DNA of 64,000 nucleotides from Marsupella aquatica (GCA_973895155.1 OZ316891.1:14973037-15037036), one strand, 5' to 3'; shown: positions 40,401 to 53,744, numbered from the stretch's first letter. Program-made: numbers and translations. Notes: generated by a model not told the origin, from the letters alone.

Positions 40401-41455
40401 AACAGTAGACATGCCAACCGCAGGTCCCAATCTGTCTGCAGAAGAGGAGCACTAAATAGGTTACTGTCGGTCAGCTAAGATCGAGCATAAATCCCGTGCT
40501 TGTATTTGAGATTGACATGTCAACTATACCAGTTAATCTTCCTGGATTGGATCAGCTCCATTCATGCCACTAAGTACTAACCTCTGGGTCAGTGGAGTTT
40601 ATGATTTCAAATATCGGATGTCCAATGGGGACAATATCAGGAAAGAACATCCACGGCAACTCCTTACTAACAGTAATCATGAGCTCCATCGGAATTTCCA
40701 TTATAACCTGCAGAGATTAGCAAACACACTTCAAATTACTCAGCAAGAATCTAGTTCAAACAATACCATGAAATCTTTCACTTTCCCAATTTGTAGTATA
40801 AAGGCAGATTTCACTCCACGAATCGACGGATCGCAGATTAGGGAGGTGTGGTCCCAGAAAATGTAAAGGGTTTGTAAATTCTGCTGTTTAAAAGATATTC
40901 ATGTGTCCCACAAAATAAAATTTCCTCATCGTATGGAAGTTCTCTAGACTGTCCATACGAATTTCCAACCCCGAGAAGTTAGAAAATCCCTCCTCATTTT
41001 GAAAACGATGGAAATGAGCATCCAGAATGTAGGTGCGAAAGAGGGACGAGGAATACCCTGCCAGTTTTCGTAATCTTCATATCTTTGGCAGCATACACTC
41101 CTATACCTTTTGGCCCTTCTTTGAACTCTACACCATAGGCTCGCATATATCGGATGAAACCCATTCTGTAGAATTCTGGATCAACCGTTTGCAAAGGCTC
41201 ATCTTGTGCCTCCTGGGCATTCGTGTTGTCCCACAGTTCAGACTGCTGCGTTACATCTCCTACTTTGGCCCGCAATGCTTGGGAGGAAGTGACGGAGAGA
41301 GAAGATGCGGCAGGAGCAGGTCTAGACAGACGGGTAAGGCCTCTCCCGACGAGGAAACTCAGCTGGTGGGGAGTAGTTGGTGTGAAGCTGCTGTGGTGTT
41401 TGCGACGGTCAAGCCACGTCCGAACACTCATGGCGCCATTCATAGCGACTGCCAT
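37488..41455 (-). CDS. PTAC14: PLASTID TRANSCRIPTIONALLY ACTIVE 14 (PAP7), SET-domain protein with a transit peptide, 11 exons
   Basis: Exon 1 (41455-41057) has a Ser/Arg-rich transit peptide and DPEFYRMGFIRYMRAYGVEFKEGP. Later exons encode VIMEIPMELMITV..PWMFFPDIVPIGHPIFEIINSTDPE, DWDLRLACLLL, MLIPYADMLNHS, WRKKDRMLEVVMN, YYGFSS and DGAVLAAARTLPTWSDEDLP. The gene ends YRMDRKIIIRKIIETLDIYVRRILY* (TAA at 37490-37488). Confidence 0.93.
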
Positions 41456-41550
41456 GGCTTCAAACCTGGTGGTGTAGCGAGCTAGCGAGCGAACGAGCTA
41501 GAGAGAGAGACCGCTGTCTTCAACTCCTTCCTCTGTCCTTCTCTTCCTGT

Positions 41551-41600
41551 CAGTTCAATTCAGTTCAGTTCAGTTCAGTTGCATTCCATTCCATTCAACT
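41551..41600. repeat. (CAGTT)n / (CCATT)n pentamer microsatellite upstream of PTAC14
   Basis: CAGTTCAATTCAGTTCAGTTCAGTTCAGTTGCATTCCATTCCATTC. Confidence 0.8.
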
Positions 41601-42134
41601 CCAGTCCGATCTCAGCGCTGTTTCTCATCTCGATGGAAAGCAAGGGGCTCGGAGGTCCCCACCAGGCACAAGCTGGGGCCTTCGATCTTCCATTGCTGCT
41701 CGTCTGGTTGTGGAGCTTTCGTCTAAAGGAGACAACCGGTGGAGCTCATTTTGCTACTAAACCTCGTCGGGTCGGGGTTTTAGGCTGACCAAGGGAGAGC
41801 GTAAACCCTGATTATCTACACAGGTGCAATATGATGTACGAGTACAGACGGAGAGGACCGTACTTTCATACTGTACATTCCTACTGTACATTCCTACGGT
41901 ACCGTATGTGGTTGCTTACATCACGAGATTGCCGAGGTGGAGATGGGGAGTTGGGGACCCCCCAAGCTTGTGACCCCACACAATGACCCCCTCAGCAAGT
42001 GAGTTTTCCAGTGGCGAATAGATTACACTCTGAAAAGTATGGGTCACTTTTGGCAAGAATAGTGTTTTGTCCTCCATTGACCACCTCGACAAGATTGTAT
42101 TGGCCAGAACCGAGAGTATTATTTAGTGTCTAAA

Positions 42135-42400
42135 TTTGGCTAGATTCCACCTCTCCTGAAGTTATGTAGGGCTTTTGGAGAAAATTGGCTAGATTTTTGT
42201 TTGTCTTTCCACTTAACCACTGACCCCATTAGCAAGAATATGACCATTATACTTAAACCTAGGGAGATCAAGAATAGAAACTAGTCTAGGGAAAATTCGA
42301 TAAGAAAGATTCCGACATCTTCTCCTTCGCATGATTGACAATCCATCTTGGCCAAACAAAATCGACCTTAAAAATGAAGCTGCCCTCAACGCCCCCACCA
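42135..42400 (+). repeat. Dispersed repeat, copy 2
   Basis: Diverged homolog of 34745-35010, in the same orientation. Confidence 0.7.
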
Positions 42401-44195
42401 ACCGACAGTCCCCCAAGGCAAAAATGAGAATGCATAGCCCCGAAAACTCGGTACTAGGGGATGGGCGCTGTCAACCCTAAACGGGAAAAAGACCCTATAT
42501 CAACCAAAAAAATCATGCACCGAAAGCATCAGCTTTTACTTTTGCATGGTATGATGATCCATAGCGTTCTAGACAAGACCTAGCGTCATGATCTCAATAG
42601 TTGCAGGTGCTACACTTGTCTTGGTGCATAGCAGCCTTTTTGGGGGAAGAAGGTAAGGTGGCGAGCCAGCCATGAAACCAAGATGAAGATGTGGTGAATG
42701 GAGGTTGGTCACCCACTGGGAATGTGGCGAGTTTGGATTACATCCACGAGGTCCCCAGGCTCCACATCTTTCAGTGCATGCTTTTGTGCTGCTATGAAGC
42801 CAGTAGACTCTTCAATTGTATAAGAACGGAAAATTTGAAGGTTTAAATTGTTGATCGAAATTGTTTACAACCAAAAGGAATGTGAGTGGGTGATAGTGTC
42901 ATAGTCTATGGGGATGGTATGGCTCAGAAGCTTGGTCCATCTAGACTTCAATGTTAAATTGCCGCAATCCATCAGAGATGTTCCACTGCACCTCAATCCG
43001 TAGGGGTTTGACACCTTAGAGTATTCCCATGTCTCACTTGCACACTTAGTAATGACAACTGAGATATCTGTAAAGTCAACCATGCTTGAAAGATGGTTAG
43101 CTATAAACCGTGGTTGAGGTCAGATATCTGTTAACTACTCACCTTGGCTGAGTTTAAGTTAAACCCGTACTAGAGTAAAATGTAAAGAGACATGTGGCAT
43201 CATGTTAAAGCGTTATGTTAACTCAAAGGTTAAGTTAACCAGCGCTAAGGTTAAAAGATAGAGGGGAACGAAATGACCTTTGGAGGTACTAGAATGTTGT
43301 GCTTGGCTTCACAGCTGCAACTTGCATTTTAAGTCAATTTTTTCACTCAATTTCTGTCAGTTCCAAAGAATGTTACAATAGGCTGTGATTGATTGTCCAC
43401 TTCAAAGAGCGTACTTGATATTGATATACATTCATATTCACATGTATAGGAAAGGGAGAAAACTTTGAGCCCACTTTGGCAATATGATCTACCCTGCATA
43501 CATTACTCCCTTGACCTTTGTTTGTTCTTTTCTATATAAAATTTAGTTACTGATCCTCATGGGAAGCTCATTCTAGACTTCTTGGAAGCACGATGTGTAG
43601 CCACATCAACACTATTGGTCACAAACAAGAAAGGTTACATATGCAAGAAGAACCAAACATGGCTAGTAGTGTTTGAAGCAAGGTAAAGAAAAGCAATTGG
43701 GACGCATAACTATAAAAACAATAGAAAATTGCAAAATAACACTTCAAATAAACAAAGAAATGGATAAACCAGGGGTAAATGAAAATATCCTCTGGATGGG
43801 TTGTTAGTGACATGTCAGTGTTTTCTGATAAATTAGTTGAATTTTCTATTTGAATGATAAACTTTTGAAATAACCATTGGTAGAAAGAAACTCTATGGTA
43901 ACACAAGAACTCTTTGGCTACCCATGGGAATACCAAGGGAAAGTAAGAAACCCTTTGGTTACCACAGGAATACCATGGGAAGGTACAAAACCCTTGGCTA
44001 CTTTAACATTTTAGTCAATTGTATGGAATGTCATATGGGTTGTGTGGACATAAAAGTACCAAGAAAACATTTGGATCTTACCTTGAAATAGTCTCCTCTT
44101 TTTGTCATCTCATCTCCATACTCAAACCTATTCCAATATGCAACTCTTCATTGTTTTAACTTGTTAATTAACACCAAACTTACATAACTAAAGTG

Positions 44196-44521
44196 TGTAG
44201 AGGTTAACTTAGTCTTGGGTTGAACTATGCTTAGTATGTTAACTAGGGTTAGAGTGTTAACCCTAGTTGAAGAGATTGGTCCTTATCTCTTCAACTTGTA
44301 TGTGGTGTGAGAACACACAAGAGAGTTCTCAAGAGAGAACACAGTGATACAGCAAGAGATGAGAGTTTGAAGAGATGAGAGCTATGGTGATGCACGAGTA
44401 GACACATAACCATTAATAAAGCTTGGTCTTCCCGTGGATGTAGCCAACCTTGAGGCGAACCACATAGCTATTGAACACGTGTATGTTTGGAGTGTTTTTT
44501 CTGATCTGATTTCTCCCCACA
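44196..44521 (+). mobile_element. Solo LTR (326 bp), probably Ty1/copia-type
   Basis: Starts TGT and ends ACA, flanked by an identical 5-bp TSD, AAGTG (44191-44195 and 44522-44526). An internal AATAAA is followed by CCCGTGGATGTAGCC...GGCGAACCAC, a motif typical of plant copia LTR 3' regions. Confidence 0.85.
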
Positions 44522-46000
44522 AAGTGTACTTGACCAAAAATATACAAACCTTTTACAGAAAAGGGCCAAACAGAGTACAAAAAACAAACAAAAGAGGTCC
44601 CAAGGGAACAAAACCAAACGCAAAAAAAGTGAACAATAGGAAACCACTAAAAAACCAAGAAAAAGGAACTAAATCTACTGCAAACGGACCAAGGTCCTCA
44701 TCATTCCTAGAAAATGTGGCAAAAAGCTAATGATCTACATCAAGTGTCGAAATTAAATCGGCAAGTGAGACAAGAATGTCCTCTAGGGTGGCTAGCCGCT
44801 GCGAAGGCACGCTAGGACCCCTGTCAGAGATCAACAACAGATGACCCGAGCTTGAGCATGCTCTAAGATGACTGAAATGTGTTGGCAAAAGGGCGTGGTC
44901 AATTGAACTCAAACTAATTCTTTCAACACTCCATTGAACTTTATTTGTTCTTTTTTAATAAATTTTGTTTTTTCTTGTTCTTTGAATGGACTTTGACAAT
45001 TTGATCAACCCCAAAAGAATGAGCTGGACCCACATACTCGTTGATGATTCAATGGTCCATTTCCAACCATCATGTGCTCACTTTGTAGTTTGTGTTTGCC
45101 CTTTTTTTTGCTTTGACAATATTGTACTTTATTCAGCCTTTATAAATAAATTGGTACTCTTGCCTATTTTCAGCAGGAAACAAAGTGAGTGTCACGTTAC
45201 CTACAGTACAATCATGCAAAAAGGAGATGAGAAGGTATAACCGTACCTCACTTGTCCTCCGTACTAACTAGAGTAAATAATTGGGCACAATACTCGATAT
45301 TGATTCGCTTGCTTCTCAAATCGGGGACTCGGGGAGCGCCTCAATGCCTATAGTGTACAGTCCAGTTGCTGAGTAGATTGAGGTTGCGAAGGTTAAAAAT
45401 TTCAATCAGTACTAACAGTCCTACGCTGTAATTGAATCAACCATTCCCGTGTGGTCGATTTATTTTTATTAAAACTAATTAATTATAGGAAACTTGATGC
45501 CCAGCACAAAAATGTGACATTCAAAAAACAGTGGACCTGAAAAACATGTGACAGAATCGGCAAAGGGCAGGCATGTCAGCCTGAACAACATTACACGAGG
45601 GGAATTGCCCCGGAAGTGTGTTTTAGCTTTGAATTAGCCAACTTTTTGTGCACTGCACAATATTCTATTATGCATAATAAATGATTTAAAATGCAAGTGT
45701 TATGGAGCATAAGTGAGATGGCTAGATAGCCAGACCTTGTGGGGAGTCAGCAAAATCGCCTGCCAACTGAATTTCAAAGTGTATGCAAGTATTGGGGAGA
45801 ATGACTTTGACATGGATAAGGTGCATAGTGACACTTTTAGGTCCATCGCCTTGTTAGGGAAACTGTGACCATAATCCAGCCAAGGGGAGGTTTCTTGCCA
45901 GAATAACACTTGGTAAACACACAATGAAAATAAAAGCTGTTACATATTACAAGGATTACATTTTAGAGTGTTTAGATAAATAAGTTACAACCACAAGTTG

Positions 46001-46740
46001 CCATCATCTGCAAGTTTGAGACACCCTAGTAAGGTGTGTTGAAGGTTTACTTGGAGAGCCAAGTGTGCAACTTTGAGATTCCCTAGGAAATTTTTTTTAA
46101 ACAACAATTGTTCTTCAAAAGGTGACGAGTGGTTCACCTTTTATTGGCAAGTGCTCCACCTTTTATGGTGAGACACCATTCACCACAAGATAGGAAGGAT
46201 AGGAATGAGGAGTAGTGAGGGAGTGAATGGGCTTTGACGCCATTCACCATAGGTTAGGAAGGAGGAGGGTATGGGGTTTTCATATGGGCAGGTGTGGGTT
46301 ACAAGCCTTTAATTAAAGCTCTCAAAGCTTTAAAGTTGAGAATGATGGCTTTGGACCTCAAAGGAATGTCCCTCCAAGTAAACCTTCAAACAAGCCTTTA
46401 ATAGGGTGTCTCAAAGTTAGAGGATGATGGCTTTTGACCCTTAAAGGAATGGCCCTCCTAGTAAACCTTCAAACAAGCCTTTAATAGGGTGTCTCGAAGC
46501 CTTCCAAGTAAACTTTGGCTTTTGACCTCACAGGAATGGCCCTCCAAGTAAACCTTCAAACAGGGCTTTAATAGGGTGTCTCAAAGCACTCCAAGTAAAC
46601 TTTCAAACAAGCTTTAATAGTGTGTCTCAAAGCTTCAAAGAAGCTTCAAAGTTGCAGATGATGGTTTTTGGCCATGAACACTTGCCCCTCCAAGTAAACC
46701 TGCAACTTTGAAGCTCATTTGTTTGAAAGTTTACTTGGAG
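46001..46740. repeat. Degenerate tandem array (~80-90 bp unit) with inverted copies on both sides
   Basis: The unit CTCCAAGTAAACCTTCAAACAAGCCTTTAATAGGGTGTCTCAAAG...GATGATGG is repeated over ~46300-46715. Reverse-complement copies lie at 46001-46061 and 46722-46740. Confidence 0.8.
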
Positions 46741-46769
46741 GCAGGATTGGGTACGGGGCCGCTTTGTCA

Positions 46770-46890
46770 TTTCTCTTCTCGCGCTGTGCAAATTCCTCGA
46801 TCGCCCTAGACAACTGTGTTGACTGCTTCTCATATCTTTTCTCGCGCTTTGCAAATTCCTCGATCGCCCTAGAAACTGTGTTGACTGCTT
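46770..46890. repeat. ~60-bp tandem duplication upstream of the DUF810 gene
   Basis: TTCTCGCGCT.TGCAAATTCCTCGATCGCCCTAGA(C)AACTGTGTTGACTGCTT occurs twice. Confidence 0.85.
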
Positions 46891-48669
46891 GTGAACGCGC
46901 TCACCTCTATTTTTCCGCCTCGCATGAGTGCATCCAAAATTCTTTTTTTCAGATCGGTTGTGTGCGAGCAGCTGAAGTGAGGTGAGTCGTGATTGTGCTG
47001 CGAACATGTCTCGATGTTGTCACCAGCAATTCTGTGCAGCCTGGTCGTTGTAGCACATCGGATACTCCTGCTTCGGTCGCTTCTCTTCCTCCCCAAGTTT
47101 TCACGACTGTTGCGTTGATTTGGTCTACGGTGACCAATTTTGTCGTTCGCTTGTTTCATATTCTCGCCAGATATTTTCCCCCTCTCTCTTCGCAAAGAGC
47201 CTTACTGTTATCCTGCTTCTGCATTTTCTTCTGTCAACTTCGGTGTGATTTTTTGGTTCTCTGAATCCCCGACTCCACGAGCTGTTGATTTATTTGCCGT
47301 CGGGGCAGGTAGCTCGTCCTCATCCGATTTACTGTGAAACGTCACGTTGTTTGTCTGTAGTTCCTCACACAGGAAGGACAGTCGAAGTCCCGGCTCCCTT
47401 CCCGAGCTCCCTTCCCCAGGTTTTGCCCCAGAGGATTCCTTGTCAAAGCGAACATTCTTCCATCTGAAGCGACGTGCAAGGAATAATTTTAGGCTTGCTT
47501 CAAAACTGTTTTGACCTAAGAATACTTTTTGATTTGTCTTGGGACTTCCTCCCTCCCTAATTTTTTATTTTATCCGTCATAATTCTAGACAGCACTGGAT
47601 GTACTGTCGAGTACAGTTCGTTGGGTACCGTTTCTCTCTATCGCTGTAATCGGTCTGTCTTTATTTGGATGTGCCTCGCTCTCCTCTGTATTTGCTTGCC
47701 AGCCTCACAGCCAATCACAGGAGGTGCTTTAGTTGCCTTTCTGGCTGACGCTGAGGTGAGAAGCCTTGTGGAAAAAAGGCGAACCCATACGGAAAGACAG
47801 CTCGTTACAGCTGCATCCGATTACTCTTATCGTCCCGACATTATTAGGCTCCTGTTGGTGTTGTAGAGGTAGCTTGCTACGCTTAGTTTGCTCTGCTTAC
47901 ACGGTGGAGTGTTCAGTGCCCTCCTCTTGGCATTTGTCGTCGTGGGCGTACGAAGCAGGGGTTCTGTGCGCATTGAAGCTAAATGTAGTGGCATCGTGAT
48001 CCTGGTTTGTGCTGTCATTTAAATTCTCTCTCTTCGTGGTATGCTTGGTTGCTCAGGCCTTCTGTTGGCAATTTCGTCTGTCTGTTCGCCTCTCACGCCC
48101 GAATACGTTCGTGTTGGCATCCTTTTGTCGAACTATCAGGGCCGTCAGTGTACGCTGCGTGCGGAGCTCCGCAGAGTTGCTCGTGGATGTGACGAAAACC
48201 TAAGGATCGTGGCTCATGAAAATGTAGCTTGGTGATGTCGGACGTGGTCTTCGGTAGTGATTGACTTATTCCGACCGGAAGGCACTTGATGTCGTCTCAG
48301 CTTGGACGGTGAATAATGAATTCGGAAGAGCTTCAACTGCCTTGGAGAGAAAGTTCTCGCTGCTATTTTCTTAATCTGCTGTCGTGAGCCTTAGAGATCC
48401 TCATCCTCTGTCCTGATTGTCGCATGTAATGTACTCGCCTCGCTGGGACGGTGGCGAAATCTTTGCGCCAACTAGATCACTTCTCTTCACCTTCGCTTCC
48501 ATTCTCACCGATACTTGTTCGTGAGGGCTGGCAACGATAGTTACAGTATACAAGTTCTTCACTCTTTCGGCTTGCGTTGGCGGGTTCTTGAAATCTTCCC
48601 GACGGGATAGCCTCGTTGCCTCTGGAACAGTAATTTGTGGAGGAGTGTACTGCGGCTATTTCGACAGTA

Positions 48670-51600
48670 ATGGCGCCCAAATCAGCTGATCCTCTCCCGG
48701 GGCTTTCGTCTCTCTCTGATGCACGGGTAGAGTCTCCATTTCCAGAGCTGGATGTGGAGCTATCTGGAGTATCCCTCCGAGAAACTGCCTATGAAATACT
48801 TGTGGCAGCTTCTGGAATCACTGCATTGAGTGCGCGGACTAAATCGTTGAAGACTAAAACGAGCATTACGGGTACCGCTAGTAGATTGAAGAAGGCAATT
48901 ATACGTTCTAAGTCCGACAGAGGAAAAGACCATTCGCATCGAGGACATAGGTCGCTCGGAGAGACCGTGCGTTACCAGATGGAGATATCAGAGCAGAGTG
49001 ATGATAGGGTTCGACGAGCATTCATAAAAGCTGCAGCTCAACAGGTATTCACTGTTCTACTTTCTATACTGCTTTAGACAATAACTCAGTGTTCTCGACG
49101 TCCTGTCATATGAGGTTGAATTCGGTCGACTTTCTCTCTCCAAAATTGCTCTGGCGTAGTTTACTCACACTGGCGCAGCCTCACTTTGTAGGGACGACAC
49201 TCGCTATGTGGGGAAGCTTCCTCTGTCTAGGGGCTGATTGGTAGTACGCATCTTCCTTTTGCAGGTAAATAAGCCAGTCGAGGCGATGCTGATTCCTTTG
49301 GAGCTCCTGCTCAACATCACTCCCTCGCAATTCACGGACCAATCCGAGTATCAGCAATGGCGGCTGAGGCAATTGCGGGTGTTGGAGGCTGGATTGGTTC
49401 TTCATCCTGCCGCTGATAACGAAGACTCTACTCTCTCGGACCGTCTCCAGCAGATGCTTGTGGATCTGGCAGGAAATTCTCTGGAAACAGGGGCGAAGAA
49501 CGAAGCGTGGTTGTCTTTGCGTATTGTGGCCATGGCTAAAGCAGGCAAAGTACAGAATGGTGAGAGCCCTCGCGCGGCAATTCACTGGGCAGATGGGTTT
49601 CCCTTAAATGTGCACCTCTATGACTGCCTTCTCTCGTCCTGCTTCGACACTTTAGACGAGGCCGTACTCATTGATGAATTTGACGAGGTTCTGGAATGGA
49701 TAAAGAAAACGTGGGGTATCTTAGGTGTGAATAACATGCTGCACAGTGTATGCTTCATGTGGGTGCTCTTCACTCAGTTCGTTAAAACAGGAGGGAATGA
49801 GGCAGAGTTACTGGTCACTGCTGAAGAGCACATGAAAGAAGCTGCAGCAGAACTCAAAGTCACCCTCAATGAGGATTACGCCAACTCCTTCAGGTTAGCA
49901 GTCTCGACGATCCAGGAGTGGGCAGAGAAAAGGCTCATGCAGTACCGTGAAATCTATCCCCAAGGTGCGGAGGGTACCATGACTGCCTTGCTTTCCCTAG
50001 AGCTGACGGCAGCTCGGATTATTGCGGAGGATATGCAAAGACTCTCACCCAAGAGTAAAAAAAAAAGTTTAACCAACTTAGAAAGTAACCGGGTTGATAA
50101 GTATGTCCGGGCCTCGATGCGATCTGCGTTTGCGAAGGTTGATTTCATACCCATTTGTCGCAGTCTGTCTAATGTTCGAATTTCCTGGATCGAAGTGGAC
50201 TGTTATTTATGCACATGTGAATTTCCTGGATCGAAGTGGACTGTTATTTATGCACATGTCGTGTGGTGGAAAGTGACGCTTGCGAGTTGCTGAAAACCGA
50301 GAGCGTCCGTGATGAGCATTTGTCAATCAGCTCCTGATGTCTGACCTTGGATGTGTCGTGGCGATTGCAGCTGATAGGAACCTCTGACGCGAAGAGAAAG
50401 GCTTCGAATGTTGGAAATAAACCTCGACCCGCACTAGCAGTACTAGCAGAAGACGTGGGAGCACTTGCAAGAGATGAAAGAGCAAAATACAGTCCTGTCC
50501 TGCAGCAATGGCACCTTAGCCCGGCAGGAGTTGCAGCTGCAGGTCTTCACTCGTGCTTCGGGAAAGAATTGCAGAAGTTTACGGCCGGAACCAAAGGTAT
50601 CAGTCAAGATGTAGTTCAGGTGCTACAAGCAGCTGACCAACTAGAGATGGACCTTGTACAAATTGCGGTTGAAGATGGAGTGAATGCAGAGGATGGTGGT
50701 AAGAGCCTTATTCGTGAAATGCCCCCTTACGAAGCCCAATCAACCATGGACACGATGTCGAAGAAGTGGGTCGAGGAAGGTGTCGGACGCCTGGTACAGT
50801 GGGCGGACAGGAATGTTCAGAATGAGGTATCCTTTCTTGATGGATGCACCTGTGAAATGGCTGTTCATACTCATCATCATTTTTGGCTGACTTTTCTCTT
50901 TCTTTCATAACATTAGTGACCACTCTACTATGTAATTTCATAGGCCACAGCGTCTCTCGGTGATCACGACAATATGAGCTCCTTTTTCTATCTTTGACCA
51001 CTGAGCAGTAAAGCTCGCAACAAGGATCCGATCTGATGTTATTTTTGGGGACCAGGTAGATCGTTATTCTGAGCTTATCTCTCTGTCCTGTACGTTTCAG
51101 CAATGGAATCCAAAGGCCACCAGAGAAGGGTACGCTCCTTCAGCAGTAGAGGTACTCCGAATAATTGAGGAAACGATGGATGCCTTTTTTTACCTTCCCA
51201 TTTCTAAAGAGTCGCAATATGTCAAACGCGTTGTAGCCGGCGTGGATCAGTGCGTTCGACGGTACTGTCAGGCAACACTTGCTGGTTGCGGTAAGAAATC
51301 TATAACTGTTAAACCTCTTCTCTGAAGGTAGACTGTTTGGGACCCCGAATTTGTTCATACCGTCGATATTAATGCAAGTCTCTTCTTTCGAGGAACTGGA
51401 GCATACGATTGACATTGTACAGTCATTGCTGAACTCTCTTTGTTTGTCGTCATTTCAGGAAAGAAGGAGCGGTATGTCCCATCCTTACCTGCACTAACAA
51501 GGTACAACAAGAAGGCTTTCACATCGAAAGGAGGCTGGCGGTCAGTACTCCAGCTTCATAAGATCAAAATATCATCGAGTATTAACAGTCCTTCAGCACA

Positions 51601-52432
51601 TGGTTCGGAGTTGCCACATCTCTGTGTACGAATCAATACCTTGAGCCACATGAACACTGAATTACAGTACGTTGAAAAGAGGCTGAGGTTTGGGTGGCTG
51701 AAAGATGGGCCGTCTAAGCCAGGTGCTTCTGGGATTGACAGCCCAACAAATGTTGTTGTAGAGGGTGAGAATTTCAGAGAAGTGCGGGCTGAACTGGAAC
51801 AAGGCGTTCAGCTTTTGATTGAGCTTGCTTCCTACAGAGTTGTCTTCAATGACTTAAATCGTGTTTTTTGGGAGGGACTTTATGCCGGTGGAGTGGAGAA
51901 CGCCAGGATTTCTCAAGTAATTGAACAGGTTGATCCTCAGCTTGGGATCATTGCCGAGATAGCTTCTGAACAATTAAGGAACCGGATTGTTGCCGCACTT
52001 ATGAAGGCTTGCTTGGACTGTCTAGTGCTAGTTCTCCTTGCTGGAGGTCCTTCCAGAGCTTTCGGCGTCTATGACGCAGATACTTTGGAGGATGATTTGA
52101 TACAGCTGAAGGATCTGTTTAAAGCCGATGGAGAAGGCTTACCGGAAGATTTAGTGGAGAAGGCTGCGGCCCCTATTCAAAACGTCTTGCGATTGTTTCA
52201 CATGACTTCGGAGAAACTCATAGAAAATCTGAGAAGTTCTTATGCGGATGTCGATTTAAGAAGCTCAGGCAGATTTTCTAAAGCTGCTCCACTTCCACGC
52301 ACAACAGGTGACTGGAGTCCCTCGGATGCAAACACTATTCTGCGAGTCCTATGTTACCGGGCTGATGACACAGCATCACAATATTTGAAGAAAACTTTCA
52401 ACCTTCCCAAGAAGCTGGCTGTGACCCAGTAA
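48670..52432 (+). CDS. DUF810 / Munc13-homology (unc-13 homolog, PATROL1-related family) protein, 5 exons
   Basis: Exons 48670-49044, 49265-50137, 50371-50826, 51101-51290 and 51459-52432 join in frame. Motifs SPFPEL..SLRETAYEILVAA, LIPLELL, RQLRVLEAGL, HWADGFPLNVHLY, EDGGKSLIREMPPYE, YAPSAVEVLRIIEET, VLLAGGPSRAF and WSPSDANTILRVLCYRADDTASQYLKKTFNLPK are present. Confidence 0.93.
50178..50259. repeat. Perfect 41-bp tandem duplication in a DUF810 intron
   Basis: GAATTTCCTGGATCGAAGTGGACTGTTATTTATGCACATGT occurs twice. Confidence 0.95.
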
Positions 52433-53744
52433 AACAAAGCCTTCTTTGCATGGCAACAATACCCTTCAAAAAGGTTGTATATAAGGACAGGTTGGCTGAC
52501 ATTTCTCCATATCCCTGTCTGTTGAGGTCTTTCCGTCTACACGGACGGAAATTTAGCCTCATTTTTTGGTGTATAGTAAGTACAGACCCCCACAATCGGG
52601 TTAACATACCAACGCTGTGAGATGTGAAATTGTGGACCGAATGCAATCACAGCATCAGGAGGTACTTTCCACGAATTTTGAACGGTCAAGATGAGAAATT
52701 TGAGCTAATGGTGCAGATGGGGCCTTAGGAAGTCAATCGGTTCAGTTGTAGAGTTTTAGGTGAACTTTGCAGGGAAAACATAATGGCTGGCTTCTCTTCC
52801 GTTGTCTGTGTGGTTGGTTTATCCTGTTGGATGTACATGTATTTCTAAATTTCATAGCTTCGTGTCCAAGCTGACACCACCCAACTACGTCGTGTTCTCG
52901 AGTCTGTAGATGGATGGGCCTGTATGTCACTCGTACAAAGAGCAGTTTGTGAAGAATTTTTGTTTCCGGTCTTACCTACGGGTCTGCTCTGAAGTTCCTT
53001 ATGGAAGTCCACCTCTATGTCTTTCACCTTCTGGGCATTCATTCGTTTTCTTTCGTCTCCCTCTCCGTTTCTTTCCTTGCCCTCTTTAAAGTGTTCGTCT
53101 GGTTCAGTCTTCTCTTACCTAGATTCGGATGCGCTGCTTATCACGCTTCTGGAAGATTTTAGACATTCGGTTGCTGACTAGCGATCAGATTCCCGGTTCG
53201 AATTTCGTCTTATTTGATTAATATTTTACGCCCAGGACACGATGTCAATATGCAACTTGTATGAAAGCCAAGTGAGGGGCATATTCAAAACACCTCTAGA
53301 AAAGCAAGTGATTCGGCTGAAGTTGCTCGGCCCTATTGATGGAGTGAAGTGTGTACTTTTGGATTGACACTTCTATCTAACCAATCATGACCATCGACTC
53401 GCATCCGATGTTTTGGAATGTCGGAGTACGGGCGACCCAGCGTGAGCGTCTATATGGCCTGTAGTGACTGACGGCGGTGGTGAGTCCCAGGTTACAGCCA
53501 TGGGTTAGCAAGATCCTTCTCAGTACTTTTTTGCATAAAATTTAGAGATCTGGATACTGGGAGAATCTGGCCTTGCAAATGTTCATAAAGATGTGACATT
53601 TGATAAAAAATGAATTTCAAAATGCAAGCACTTGACAACTTCATATATTTTCTATGCCGTCAAATAATTGGATATCAAAATAGTGAGATACCCAAAGCCA
53701 ATCCGTATTATATACGAGCTCAAAGCCTGAGCATTGCAGATTAG

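Noticed and set aside
48670-52432. Calling the DUF810 gene PATROL1
   Set aside because: The intron-poor structure and motifs look more like the AT2G25800/AT2G20010-type paralogs; orthology needs a tree.
53165-53210. tRNA-like TCCCGGTTCGAAT motif
   Set aside because: The T-stem does not pair and there is no cloverleaf.
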